The notes under the pieces are model-generated. The model did not search any database and was not told the origin of the DNA. It worked only from the letters and a program-made list of their open reading frames with translations. From positions 1 to 64,000 of the IMG/VR virus record IMGVR_UViG_3300025096_000008: a stretch of 64,000 nt of DNA; one strand, written 5' to 3'. This document shows positions 1 to 7,930 of the stretch, piece by piece (position 1 is the stretch's first letter; each line of letters opens with the position of its first letter). The position numbers were made by a program, and so were the translations under genes. The stretch is from a virus.

Positions 1-2
1 TT

Positions 3-779
3 GCTTCTGATCTTTCAGATTACGAAGCAAGTAATGATGCTGCTCTAGCTGCCGAAGCTACTACTGCTCGTGCTGCTGAAGCTGCTAACGCTACTGCTAT
101 TAGCACCGAAACTGCTCGTGCTACTGCTGCTGAAGGTGTTAATTCTACTGCTATTAGTGCCGAAGAGACTCGTGCTACTGCTGCTGAAGGTGTTAATTCT
201 ACTGCTATTAGTGCCGAAGAGACTCGCGCCACTGCTGTTGAAACCGCTACAAATCTTAGAACTGGTGGTATTTCTACCAATTCTAATCTTACCAATACTA
301 TTATTGGAGATGATGTTCGTTTTCAAATCGGTAGACATTCTACTGTTCCTGCTATCTTCAAGACTGGAGTACAGGTTCAATACGACGGCTCGATGTTCTT
401 CCTCGCTGGTGCTGGCGAAGCTGGATGGCCAGGTTACAAGTTCTACTTCTGTGAAGGTGGATCTTGGCACCCAAGCCCATTCGTAGCTGATCCAATGGCA
501 GACACAGACAGTGACGGATATTCCGATGCTGCTGAATATCACAGCAGTGCTGGTAATGCCGATCCTGCTGTAGCAGCAGTCCTCGGCTGTACGGATAGCG
601 GTTATACTGAGTATAATCCTGCCGCCAATGTGGACAATGCTACCTGTGTTACACCTGTCGGAGGCGGAGATCCAGGCGGAGATCCAGGCGGAGATCCAGG
701 CGGTGATCCAGGCGGTGATCCAGGCGGTGATCCAGGCGGAGATCCAGGCGGAGATCCAGGCGAAGATCCAATGCCATAA
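3..779 (+). CDS. 5'-truncated fibre/whisker-like structural protein (Ala-rich coiled coil, C-terminal WHPSPF module, Ca-binding-like and GGDP repeats)
   Basis: Frame 3 is open from the window start and runs into track ORF 393..779. It has 18-aa repeats (RATAAEGVNSTAISAEET), DTDSDGYSD, GCTDSGYTEYNPAANVDNATC and (GGDP)n, and is followed by a terminator. Confidence 0.6.
   Translation, partial: ASDLSDYEASNDAALAAEATTARAAEAANATAISTETARATAAEGVNSTAISAEETRATAAEGVNSTAISAEETRATAVETATNLRTGGISTNSNLTNTIIGDDVRFQIGRHSTVPAIFKTGVQVQYDGSMFFLAGAGEAGWPGYKFYFCEGGSWHPSPFVADPMADTDSDGYSDAAEYHSSAGNADPAVAAVLGCTDSGYTEYNPAANVDNATCVTPVGGGDPGGDPGGDPGGDPGGDPGGDPGGDPGGDPGEDPMP
115..235 (+). repeat. 54-bp coding tandem repeat (18-aa coiled-coil unit)
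   Basis: gctactgctgctgaaggtgttaattctactgctattagtgccgaagagactcg occurs twice, with degenerate flanking copies. Confidence 0.9.
663..770 (+). repeat. 12-bp tandem repeat x9 (GGCGGWGATCCA; GGDP x8 + GEDP)
   Basis: Directly visible in the sequence. Confidence 0.95.
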
Positions 780-832
780 TCTGAATGATTAGACATTCTG
801 TCTATCCAGCCTAGTTTCTGAATAGACACCCT

Positions 833-871
833 GAACACCCACAACTCTGGTAGTTGTGGGTGTTCTTTTTT
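833..871 (+). terminator. Rho-independent terminator
   Basis: gaacacccacaact-ctggt-agttgtgggtgttc followed by a T run. Confidence 0.9.
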
Positions 872-942
872 GTATAAACAGGAAGATCTTTCGGAGAACA
901 CAGGAGGGATAATCTATTTATGTTATGGAGGAGTTATTTTAA

Positions 943-1230
943 ATGAAAAGTGAAGATCAGACAGAAGCAGTAATAATCTATTCGAGAGAAAGCTGCCCTT
1001 GGTGCAAAAGAGCAAAGCAAATGATGGACTATTGGAGTGTCTTTTACTATGAGGTGGATATAGATAAAACCCCAGATGTAAAGGATGAAATGATAAAAAT
1101 AACAATTGCCGCTGGAGGAGATCCTGGAGAACTTCCTGTGATGGTATACGGAGGCAAGACAATAGTCGGCTTCAAACATCAACAAATGCTAGATTTATTC
1201 CCACTTCTTGATCCTAACGAGAAAGACTAA
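943..1230 (+). CDS. Glutaredoxin/NrdH-like redoxin
   Basis: IIYSRESCPWC motif, later LPV...GGKTIVGF; SD ggagg. Confidence 0.85.
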   Translation: MKSEDQTEAVIIYSRESCPWCKRAKQMMDYWSVFYYEVDIDKTPDVKDEMIKITIAAGGDPGELPVMVYGGKTIVGFKHQQMLDLFPLLDPNEKD

Positions 1231-1243
1231 ACTACTTATGGCT

Positions 1244-1789
1244 ATGAGCAAGGGTCCGAGTTATTTTTACAAAGCCAAAGTTGTCTCTGTTTATGATGGC
1301 GATACATGTAGGGCAGATATAGATGTCGGCTTTGGTATCGTTTTAAAAAATAAAACCATCCGTCTTTCTAACATCGATACTGCCGAAATAAGAAGTGAAG
1401 AAAAAGAATCAGCAATCAAAGCAAGGGACAGGCTTAGAGAACTGGTGTTGGACAAAGAAATAATGCTCCAGACGATGAAAGACAGGACTGGAAAGTATGG
1501 AAGGATTATCGGTGTACTTTATTCTGATGGGAACAACATAAACGATTTGTTGGTAGAGGAAGGCTTGGCTGTAAAGATAGTCAAGAAGTCTCGTCGAAGA
1601 TCAAAGAAACAAACACAGGTAGAGAAAAAGCAGACAACCGAGAACCAAGCTCCTAGGAAGCAGGAAGAGCCAAAAGAAGAAGCCAGATCTTCCGATAAAG
1701 AAAAAAAAGAGCCAAAAGAAAAAGACGTGGCAGTCAAAATTGAAATACCCGAGAATCTCGTTCAAGCAATCTCAGGTTCCTCCGAATAA
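1244..1789 (+). CDS. Thermonuclease (SNase family) with Lys/Glu-rich tail
   Basis: VVSVYDGDT, IRLSNIDTAE, GKYGRIIG and INDLLVEEGLA motifs. Start ATG 1238 or 1244 is preferred over the track TTG 1208. Confidence 0.85.
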   Translation: MSKGPSYFYKAKVVSVYDGDTCRADIDVGFGIVLKNKTIRLSNIDTAEIRSEEKESAIKARDRLRELVLDKEIMLQTMKDRTGKYGRIIGVLYSDGNNINDLLVEEGLAVKIVKKSRRRSKKQTQVEKKQTTENQAPRKQEEPKEEARSSDKEKKEPKEKDVAVKIEIPENLVQAISGSSE

Positions 1790-2005
1790 CAAGCTAAATT
1801 TTTGTTTATGTTGATGAAAAGCGAATACCACCTCGCTATGTGTTATAGTGTTTTTTTACCCAAACTCAAAAAAGAAATAAAACATTTAGCAAAGGTATGG
1901 TATGATATAGCCAATATTGCTGATAAAAGACGATAAACAGAGATTTTCAGGAAACTTACGACTATTTATTTTGTGAAAAGATCTTTTTTATCGGGGAGAT
2001 AATAT

Positions 2006-3073
2006 ATGTCTAATGAAATGTTAAAACAGGCGATTATAGATGCCGAGGCTTTGAAAGAAGTTGCTTTGAAAAATGCTGAAGCTGCTGTGGTAGAGAAATA
2101 CTCTCGGCAGATAAGAGAGGCAGTAGATAATTTGCTGGAACAAGGCGAAGACGAAGAGCTTACCATCGATACAATGGAAGAACCAGCCCCTTCAGGTCTT
2201 GATGACCAACTGCCCTTGGCAGCCACTGACGGAGAGAACCTCTGCCCGTGCCCTGAAGAAGAAGAAACGATTGAGCTTGATTTCGATGACCTACAGAACA
2301 TCATGCAAGCATTAGATTCTGATGATGATGAAGCAAAGATGGCTGGACCGACTCCAGACGAAGTTCTTCCCGACGAGGAAGAGTTAGAGGTTTCGCCGAT
2401 AGCAGAGGATATTGCCGACACTGTAGCGAACATGCTCGATGGTGAAGAACAAGAAGAACAGTCGGACGAAGATGAGATTGTTGAGATTGCCATCGAAGAA
2501 GACGAAGACGAGATTGTTGAGATTGCTTTGGAAGAAGAGTCCGGCAATGATACCAAGGTGGAAGAAAAGAACAAGAAGAATATTGAAACCCTAGAGGAAG
2601 CTGTTGCCTTTTCTCACGATAAGACAAGCACTCTGTTACAAGAAAACGGAAACCTCTCCCAGACGAATTCAAAAATAATCAAAGAAAATAAAGTTCTCAA
2701 AGAGAAGCAAGGAAAGATTCTTGTCGAGAATAAAGATCTAAAGAAACTTATAGGAAAACTTTCCAATACATTAGAGAGCGTAAATCTTTCTAATGCAAAA
2801 CTAATTTATACGAATCAAATTCTAGGTAGCAACTCCTTGAATGAGCGACAAAAAGATAAAATTGTCGAGGCTATTGCCGATGCTGATTCTGTCGAAACAG
2901 CGAAAGCCGTATTTGAAACCCTTCAAAGCGCAGTGGGCGGATCCTCCAGGGGCGAGCCAAAATCACTAAGCGAAGTCGTGTCGAATAACCGGGTGTCGAT
3001 GTTTAGGCGAAAAGAAAAACAAGCGAGCACCAACCCTCATACAGAACGTATGAAAAAGCTCGCTGGCATTTAA
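2006..3073 (+). CDS. Prohead core scaffold protein (gp22-like)
   Basis: Acidic coiled-coil protein directly upstream of the capsid gene; many LxE sites; ends RMKKLAGI; 13-aa internal duplication EDEIVEIA. Confidence 0.75.
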   Translation: MSNEMLKQAIIDAEALKEVALKNAEAAVVEKYSRQIREAVDNLLEQGEDEELTIDTMEEPAPSGLDDQLPLAATDGENLCPCPEEEETIELDFDDLQNIMQALDSDDDEAKMAGPTPDEVLPDEEELEVSPIAEDIADTVANMLDGEEQEEQSDEDEIVEIAIEEDEDEIVEIALEEESGNDTKVEEKNKKNIETLEEAVAFSHDKTSTLLQENGNLSQTNSKIIKENKVLKEKQGKILVENKDLKKLIGKLSNTLESVNLSNAKLIYTNQILGSNSLNERQKDKIVEAIADADSVETAKAVFETLQSAVGGSSRGEPKSLSEVVSNNRVSMFRRKEKQASTNPHTERMKKLAGI

Positions 3074-3094
3074 TCATTTAAGGAGGAAAAACAA

Positions 3095-4777
3095 ATGTCT
3101 ATTTTAGAAAAACTAACTGAAGGCATCGTTAGCCGTGACCTAAGCAAGGAGTCTCACGCCATTGTTAATAAATGGGAAAAGACTGGTCTGCTAGAAGGTC
3201 TTACTAACGATACCAAACGAACCAACATGGCTTGCCTGTTGGAAAACCAAGCTAAGGAACTTCTCCGTGAGTCATCTTCGATGCACACGGGAGATGTGGA
3301 AGGATTCGCCGCTGTTGCGTTTCCAATCGTTCGCCGAGTGTTCGCCGGACTGATTGCCAATGATTTGGTATCTGTTCAGCCTATGAGCCTACCAAGCGGA
3401 CTTATCTTCTTCTTGGACTTTACCAAAGATCGAGCTCGCTTAGGTGATGCCGCTGGAGATTCGGTATATGGCGGCGGAGCCGTTGCTAACCAAATCACTG
3501 GTGGAGTTTCCCTGACTGGCGACGAAGCCGAGAAATCGTTCTACAACTTGAACAACGGCTACTCGTCCCCAACTGGTTCTGATACTGGTGTTAGCATCAG
3601 CCAGATTCTGTCCGGCAACGTCGGCGGAACTACTGATGCCGATGCAGAATTGGAGAAAATTCTACGCTTCGACCCAGACATTGCTTCTGGAACAGCGGCA
3701 ATCGTTGCCAGCGTCGCCATCAACGATCTCGACCAACTTAACCTGGATGACCTTGTTACAGTTACTGTTGATTCGACAATCGTTGGTCGTCAAGCTCGTC
3801 GCTTGACACAACTTAGCGGCACTGCCGGCACTGACTTGCTTCTTGTTGTTGCCGCTTCCGGCACTGAGACGTCACCAAACGAGCTCTCAACGAGTGTAGG
3901 AGCCGCCTTGGACTTTTCATGGGCTCAAGTTGACGACTTTACCACGGGCGGAGCAATCGGCTCAGTCGTGGGGAGAGAAGCATGGGGACTAGAAGGAAAC
4001 GAAAACATTCCAGAAATCGACATCAAGGTTGACAGTGTTGCTGTGACGGCACAAACCAAGAAGTTGAAAGCTAAGTGGACTCCTGAATTGGGTCAAGATT
4101 TGAATGCTTATCACAATCTTGATGCCGAGGTAGAGCTCACCAGCATCCTTTCTGAGCAAATCGCTCTTGAGATCGACCAAGAAATCTTGGAAGATCTTAT
4201 CAAAGGTGCTACGGCTGGTAAACTTTTCTGGTCTCGCCGACCAGGCAAGTTCCTGAACCGAGATACCGGTGCCCCAATTAGCACGAGTGCTAATGAAGAA
4301 ATGTTGGGTGCTGATTTCACGGGAACCGTTTCGGAATGGTATGAAACCCTTCTCGAAACAATCAATGATGTTTCGGCTCAAATCCATCGTAAAACATTGC
4401 GGGGTGGAGCTAACTTCTTGGTCTGCGGACCAGAGGTTGCTAACATCCTTGAGTTTACCGCTGGCTTTAAAGCAACTGTAACTCATGATGATGATCGTGG
4501 TAATGCTGGTGCTACCAATGTTGGAAGCATCTCTAAGAAATGGGATGTGTATGTTGACCCATACTTCCCACGCAATGTCGTTTTGGTCGGACGCAAAGGA
4601 AACTCATTCCTCGAAAGCGGATATGTGTATGCTCCTTATGTGCCCCTCCAAACCACTCCTACCATTTTTGGTACTGAAGACTTCGTGCCTCGCAAGGGTG
4701 TGATGACTCGGTATGCTAAGAAAATGGTACGACCGGACATGTACGGACTAGTTGTTGTGACAGATCTTCTCGGATAA
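3095..4777 (+). CDS. Major capsid protein, T4 gp23 family
   Basis: LLENQ, PIVRRVF, VSVQPMSLPSGLIF, KLKAKWTPELGQDL, YAPYVPL and GVMTRY motifs. Confidence 0.97.
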   Translation: MSILEKLTEGIVSRDLSKESHAIVNKWEKTGLLEGLTNDTKRTNMACLLENQAKELLRESSSMHTGDVEGFAAVAFPIVRRVFAGLIANDLVSVQPMSLPSGLIFFLDFTKDRARLGDAAGDSVYGGGAVANQITGGVSLTGDEAEKSFYNLNNGYSSPTGSDTGVSISQILSGNVGGTTDADAELEKILRFDPDIASGTAAIVASVAINDLDQLNLDDLVTVTVDSTIVGRQARRLTQLSGTAGTDLLLVVAASGTETSPNELSTSVGAALDFSWAQVDDFTTGGAIGSVVGREAWGLEGNENIPEIDIKVDSVAVTAQTKKLKAKWTPELGQDLNAYHNLDAEVELTSILSEQIALEIDQEILEDLIKGATAGKLFWSRRPGKFLNRDTGAPISTSANEEMLGADFTGTVSEWYETLLETINDVSAQIHRKTLRGGANFLVCGPEVANILEFTAGFKATVTHDDDRGNAGATNVGSISKKWDVYVDPYFPRNVVLVGRKGNSFLESGYVYAPYVPLQTTPTIFGTEDFVPRKGVMTRYAKKMVRPDMYGLVVVTDLLG

Positions 4778-4805
4778 GAACTGCCTTAACAGCCTAAAAA
4801 GAATT

Positions 4806-4835
4806 AGAGCCTCTTCGGGGGCTCTTTTCTTTTTT
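4806..4835 (+). terminator. Rho-independent terminator after capsid gene
   Basis: agagcctc-ttcg-ggggctct followed by a T-rich run. Confidence 0.9.
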
Positions 4836-4880
4836 GCTCAAACTACTTATAAAGGCAACTAGCAGCGGAGGAAAAATATT

Positions 4881-6146
4881 GTGGCAGTACCTACACTAAC
4901 ACCAACTTCAACGGTCAGTGCTATAACACTCCCAGCAACAGGATCTAGGACTGATGTGACGGCATCGTTGCCTATTGGGGTATATACGGGAGAGCAGTTC
5001 ATCTCTGGTGCTGTCGATCAGGTTTCCTACACATATAGAAAGCTTGGCGGCGATGTTCTCGATATAGAATTGACTACTCGAAATGTCTATGCGGCATACG
5101 AAGAAGCTGTCCTGGAATATTCATATCTTGTAAATATCCATCAAAGCAAGAACACTATTTCAAACTTGATGGGACAAGTAACCGGCACCTTCGATAGCGA
5201 CGGTGAGTTAACCGACGGTAGCTTAAAAACCGAACTGAGTGGAGTTGGGGCAGAGCTTCGATACCCTAGGTTCGATCTAGGGTATGCCAACACAATGGCT
5301 TCTGCTGCTTCGGAAAGAGCTCAAGTTGGTGGCAACTTAACATTCTACTCTGCCTCTATTGATATAACTGATGGTGTTCAAGATTACGATCTACAATCTA
5401 TAGTCTCCTCCAGCGCTGCAGCCGGCGGCGTACCATTTTCCGGCATAGATACTTCCAAGAAGGTAAGAATTCAGAAAGTGTTTTATAAATCTCCAAGAGC
5501 AATGTGGCGATTTTACGGATACTATGGCGGGTTGAATACCATAGGAAACCTCAACACATACGGGCAATACTCGGATGATAGCACTTTCGAAGTGGTACCA
5601 ACCTGGCAAAACAAGCTCCAAGCTATGGCATATGAGGATGCCCTCTCGACACGAACCTCGCATTACTCTTATGAGATAAGGAATAACAAAATAAGGCTAT
5701 ATCCAATTCCAGATAAAGACTGGGTTACAAAAATTTGGTTTGAGTTTACGGTAGACACAGACACAATATTTGACGAAGATGGTGTTGATACTGGCAGAGC
5801 AGGTGTCAACAATATGAACACTCTGCCGTTTGCAAACATTCCTTTCACCAACATAAACTCGATTGGGAAACAGTGGATAAGAAGATTCGCCCTCTCTCTG
5901 TGTAAAGAGATGCTGGGACTTATAAGAAATAAGTTCACGACAATCCCAATCCCAGGCGAATCAGTAACTCTAAATGGAGATGCCCTATTGTCTCAAGCGA
6001 AAGAGGAGCAAAGCCTATTGAGGGAAGAGCTTAAGACCGTATTAGATGAGATGACATATGATAAGCTCGTGGAGCAAGATGCTGAAATCATGGAAGCAAC
6101 TGCAAACTTACAGGCAAAAATTCCAATGAACATTTTCACAGGGTGA
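4881..6146 (+). CDS. Neck protein, gp13-like head-tail adaptor
   Basis: RKLGGDVLDIEL at the N-terminus and WIRRFALSLCKEMLGLIRNKF...VTLNGDALL at the C-terminus; follows the capsid gene. Confidence 0.85.
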   Translation: MAVPTLTPTSTVSAITLPATGSRTDVTASLPIGVYTGEQFISGAVDQVSYTYRKLGGDVLDIELTTRNVYAAYEEAVLEYSYLVNIHQSKNTISNLMGQVTGTFDSDGELTDGSLKTELSGVGAELRYPRFDLGYANTMASAASERAQVGGNLTFYSASIDITDGVQDYDLQSIVSSSAAAGGVPFSGIDTSKKVRIQKVFYKSPRAMWRFYGYYGGLNTIGNLNTYGQYSDDSTFEVVPTWQNKLQAMAYEDALSTRTSHYSYEIRNNKIRLYPIPDKDWVTKIWFEFTVDTDTIFDEDGVDTGRAGVNNMNTLPFANIPFTNINSIGKQWIRRFALSLCKEMLGLIRNKFTTIPIPGESVTLNGDALLSQAKEEQSLLREELKTVLDEMTYDKLVEQDAEIMEATANLQAKIPMNIFTG

Positions 6147-6160
6147 GAGGAGAATAGACA

Positions 6161-6967
6161 GTGGCTGAAAACATTACTTGGAAGCAACCCGCTAATCCTC
6201 CTCCTCCTATGTTTCTTGGGGAGAAAGAAAGAAACTTAGTTAAGCAGGTTAACGATGAGCTAATCGAGCGAGTTATCGGGCAGGGGATTATCTATTATCC
6301 TGTTAGCCTAAAACACACTAACTACCACTCTCTATATGGCGAAGCGATAAACAAGAGCTTTCTTACACCAATAAGAGTAAATGCTTTGATAAACTGGGAA
6401 GGCTCTCAGACAAGCACGACAGGCTTCGGAATAGATAGAAGATCCAGCATCACAATCAACTTCCACAAAAGAAGGTTGACGGAGGATCAAGATCTACAAG
6501 TTCAAGAGGGAGATTTTGTTCTTTACGGCAACTTGTTTTATGAAATAGTAACACTAGCACAGCCCAGAGAACTTTTCGGTCAAGTTGATCACAAGATGGA
6601 GATTGCAGCAAAGTGTATTCGAGCAAGGGATGGCATGTTCGAAGAGTCTAGTATGCCAGAAGTTACCATAGAGAAGTATAAGGCAACGGCTACAGAAACT
6701 TCTTATGTTTATTTAACCACTCCTGCCTCTTCTTCTTCACCAACTGTATCCGCTTCAGCGGCAGTTCCCACTTATTCCGGCGCCGACTCTGGCTCTTTGG
6801 ATTACCAAATTTTGGAAGATTTCGATTCTAATCCGTGTGACTACTCAGGATATCACTTCTACCTCACTGCAGCACCTGTGCCTCCTATAGCCTCTTTTGC
6901 CATGGCGAACAAGTGGTATTGGAACGAAAACTGTGTTTGGCACCCAAGCCCATTTATGGTACCTTGA
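6161..6967 (+). CDS. Neck/head-completion protein, gp14-like, with C-terminal extension
   Basis: HSLYGEA and EGDFVLYG motifs; gene order after gp13; Ser/Thr linker then an extra ~60-aa domain. Confidence 0.75.
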   Translation: MAENITWKQPANPPPPMFLGEKERNLVKQVNDELIERVIGQGIIYYPVSLKHTNYHSLYGEAINKSFLTPIRVNALINWEGSQTSTTGFGIDRRSSITINFHKRRLTEDQDLQVQEGDFVLYGNLFYEIVTLAQPRELFGQVDHKMEIAAKCIRARDGMFEESSMPEVTIEKYKATATETSYVYLTTPASSSSPTVSASAAVPTYSGADSGSLDYQILEDFDSNPCDYSGYHFYLTAAPVPPIASFAMANKWYWNENCVWHPSPFMVP

Positions 6968-6984
6968 TGTACTAGGAAAGACTT

Positions 6985-7821
6985 ATGACGAAAGAAAAGA
7001 TAACGGTATTGAGTCCGTCAAACTTAGAAAACATAGATGGAGCCATGCACGAGTGGGTAGACCAACAGATCAGTGCTTTCGCCACAACTAACCGAGGCTG
7101 GAAAAAGGTACCGGTCATTTGGGTATCGGCAGAAAGAGCATACCAGACAAAGAGAGATAAAGGGCTACGGGATAAGGAGGGTGCTCTCATATACCCTATC
7201 ATAACAGTCGAGAGGATTAGTATGGAAAAAGATCCATCATTCAAAGGATCCTTACAAGCCAACATATTCCCCGTTAACGATTACAGGGGAGGCTCGATAC
7301 CATTAGCCAACACCATAAATCAATCAAAGACCCAGAACTTTCAGAATGCTGACTCAAAGAGAGAGACCGGACAGTTGAATTTTAAAGTAAAGAAGAAGGA
7401 CAATAAGATAGTATATACCCATAAATCGATTCCGATTCCAACATACATTAGTATTATGTATCGAATCAGCTTAAGGGCAGAGTACCAACAACAGATTAAC
7501 GAGATGAACGAACCGTTCATTGTCTCCACTGGAAACATCAGCAGCTTTATTATGAAGAAAGAGGGTCATCGATATGAGGGATTCTTTCAACCATCTTACG
7601 AACAAAATAATAATGCCGGAAGTCTCGACGAGGATGAGAGAATCTATCAGACATCGTTCGATGTAAAAGTGTTGGGATATTTAATCGGCTCCAAAGACAA
7701 TCAAGAGCAGCCCCAAATTGTAGAAAGAGAGAACGCGGTAAAGCTGAAGACACCAAGAGAAAGGGTAATCGTGGGAGAAGATCCAGAACATCCCGATAAT
7801 TGGGGAAAGTATAGGGAATAA
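6985..7821 (+). CDS. Tail sheath stabiliser/terminator, gp15-like
   Basis: Lies between neck and sheath; KVPVIWVSAER, LIYPII and IYQTSFDVKVLGYL resemble the gp15 family. Confidence 0.7.
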   Translation: MTKEKITVLSPSNLENIDGAMHEWVDQQISAFATTNRGWKKVPVIWVSAERAYQTKRDKGLRDKEGALIYPIITVERISMEKDPSFKGSLQANIFPVNDYRGGSIPLANTINQSKTQNFQNADSKRETGQLNFKVKKKDNKIVYTHKSIPIPTYISIMYRISLRAEYQQQINEMNEPFIVSTGNISSFIMKKEGHRYEGFFQPSYEQNNNAGSLDEDERIYQTSFDVKVLGYLIGSKDNQEQPQIVERENAVKLKTPRERVIVGEDPEHPDNWGKYRE

Positions 7822-7930
7822 AAAATAGCATTTAGAGTATTTTAAAACTATTTACAACAGGCTAGATTCACATTTAAAGAAAAATAACGAATGTTTTACT
7901 ATTGTTATTTGTAGAGGAGAGTAAAAGGAT

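Noticed and set aside
663-770. Repeat array as CRISPR or replication iterons
   Set aside because: There are no spacers; it is an in-frame 12-bp coding repeat. No CRISPR array or cas gene was seen in the window.
1808-1936. 42-codon ORF before the scaffold as a prohead protease remnant
   Set aside because: No SD and no protease motif; protease, portal and terminase are simply outside the window.
464-6954. The 18-nt identity as a diversity-generating retroelement TR/VR pair
   Set aside because: It is too short, shows no adenine-specific mismatch pattern, and there is no reverse transcriptase in the window.
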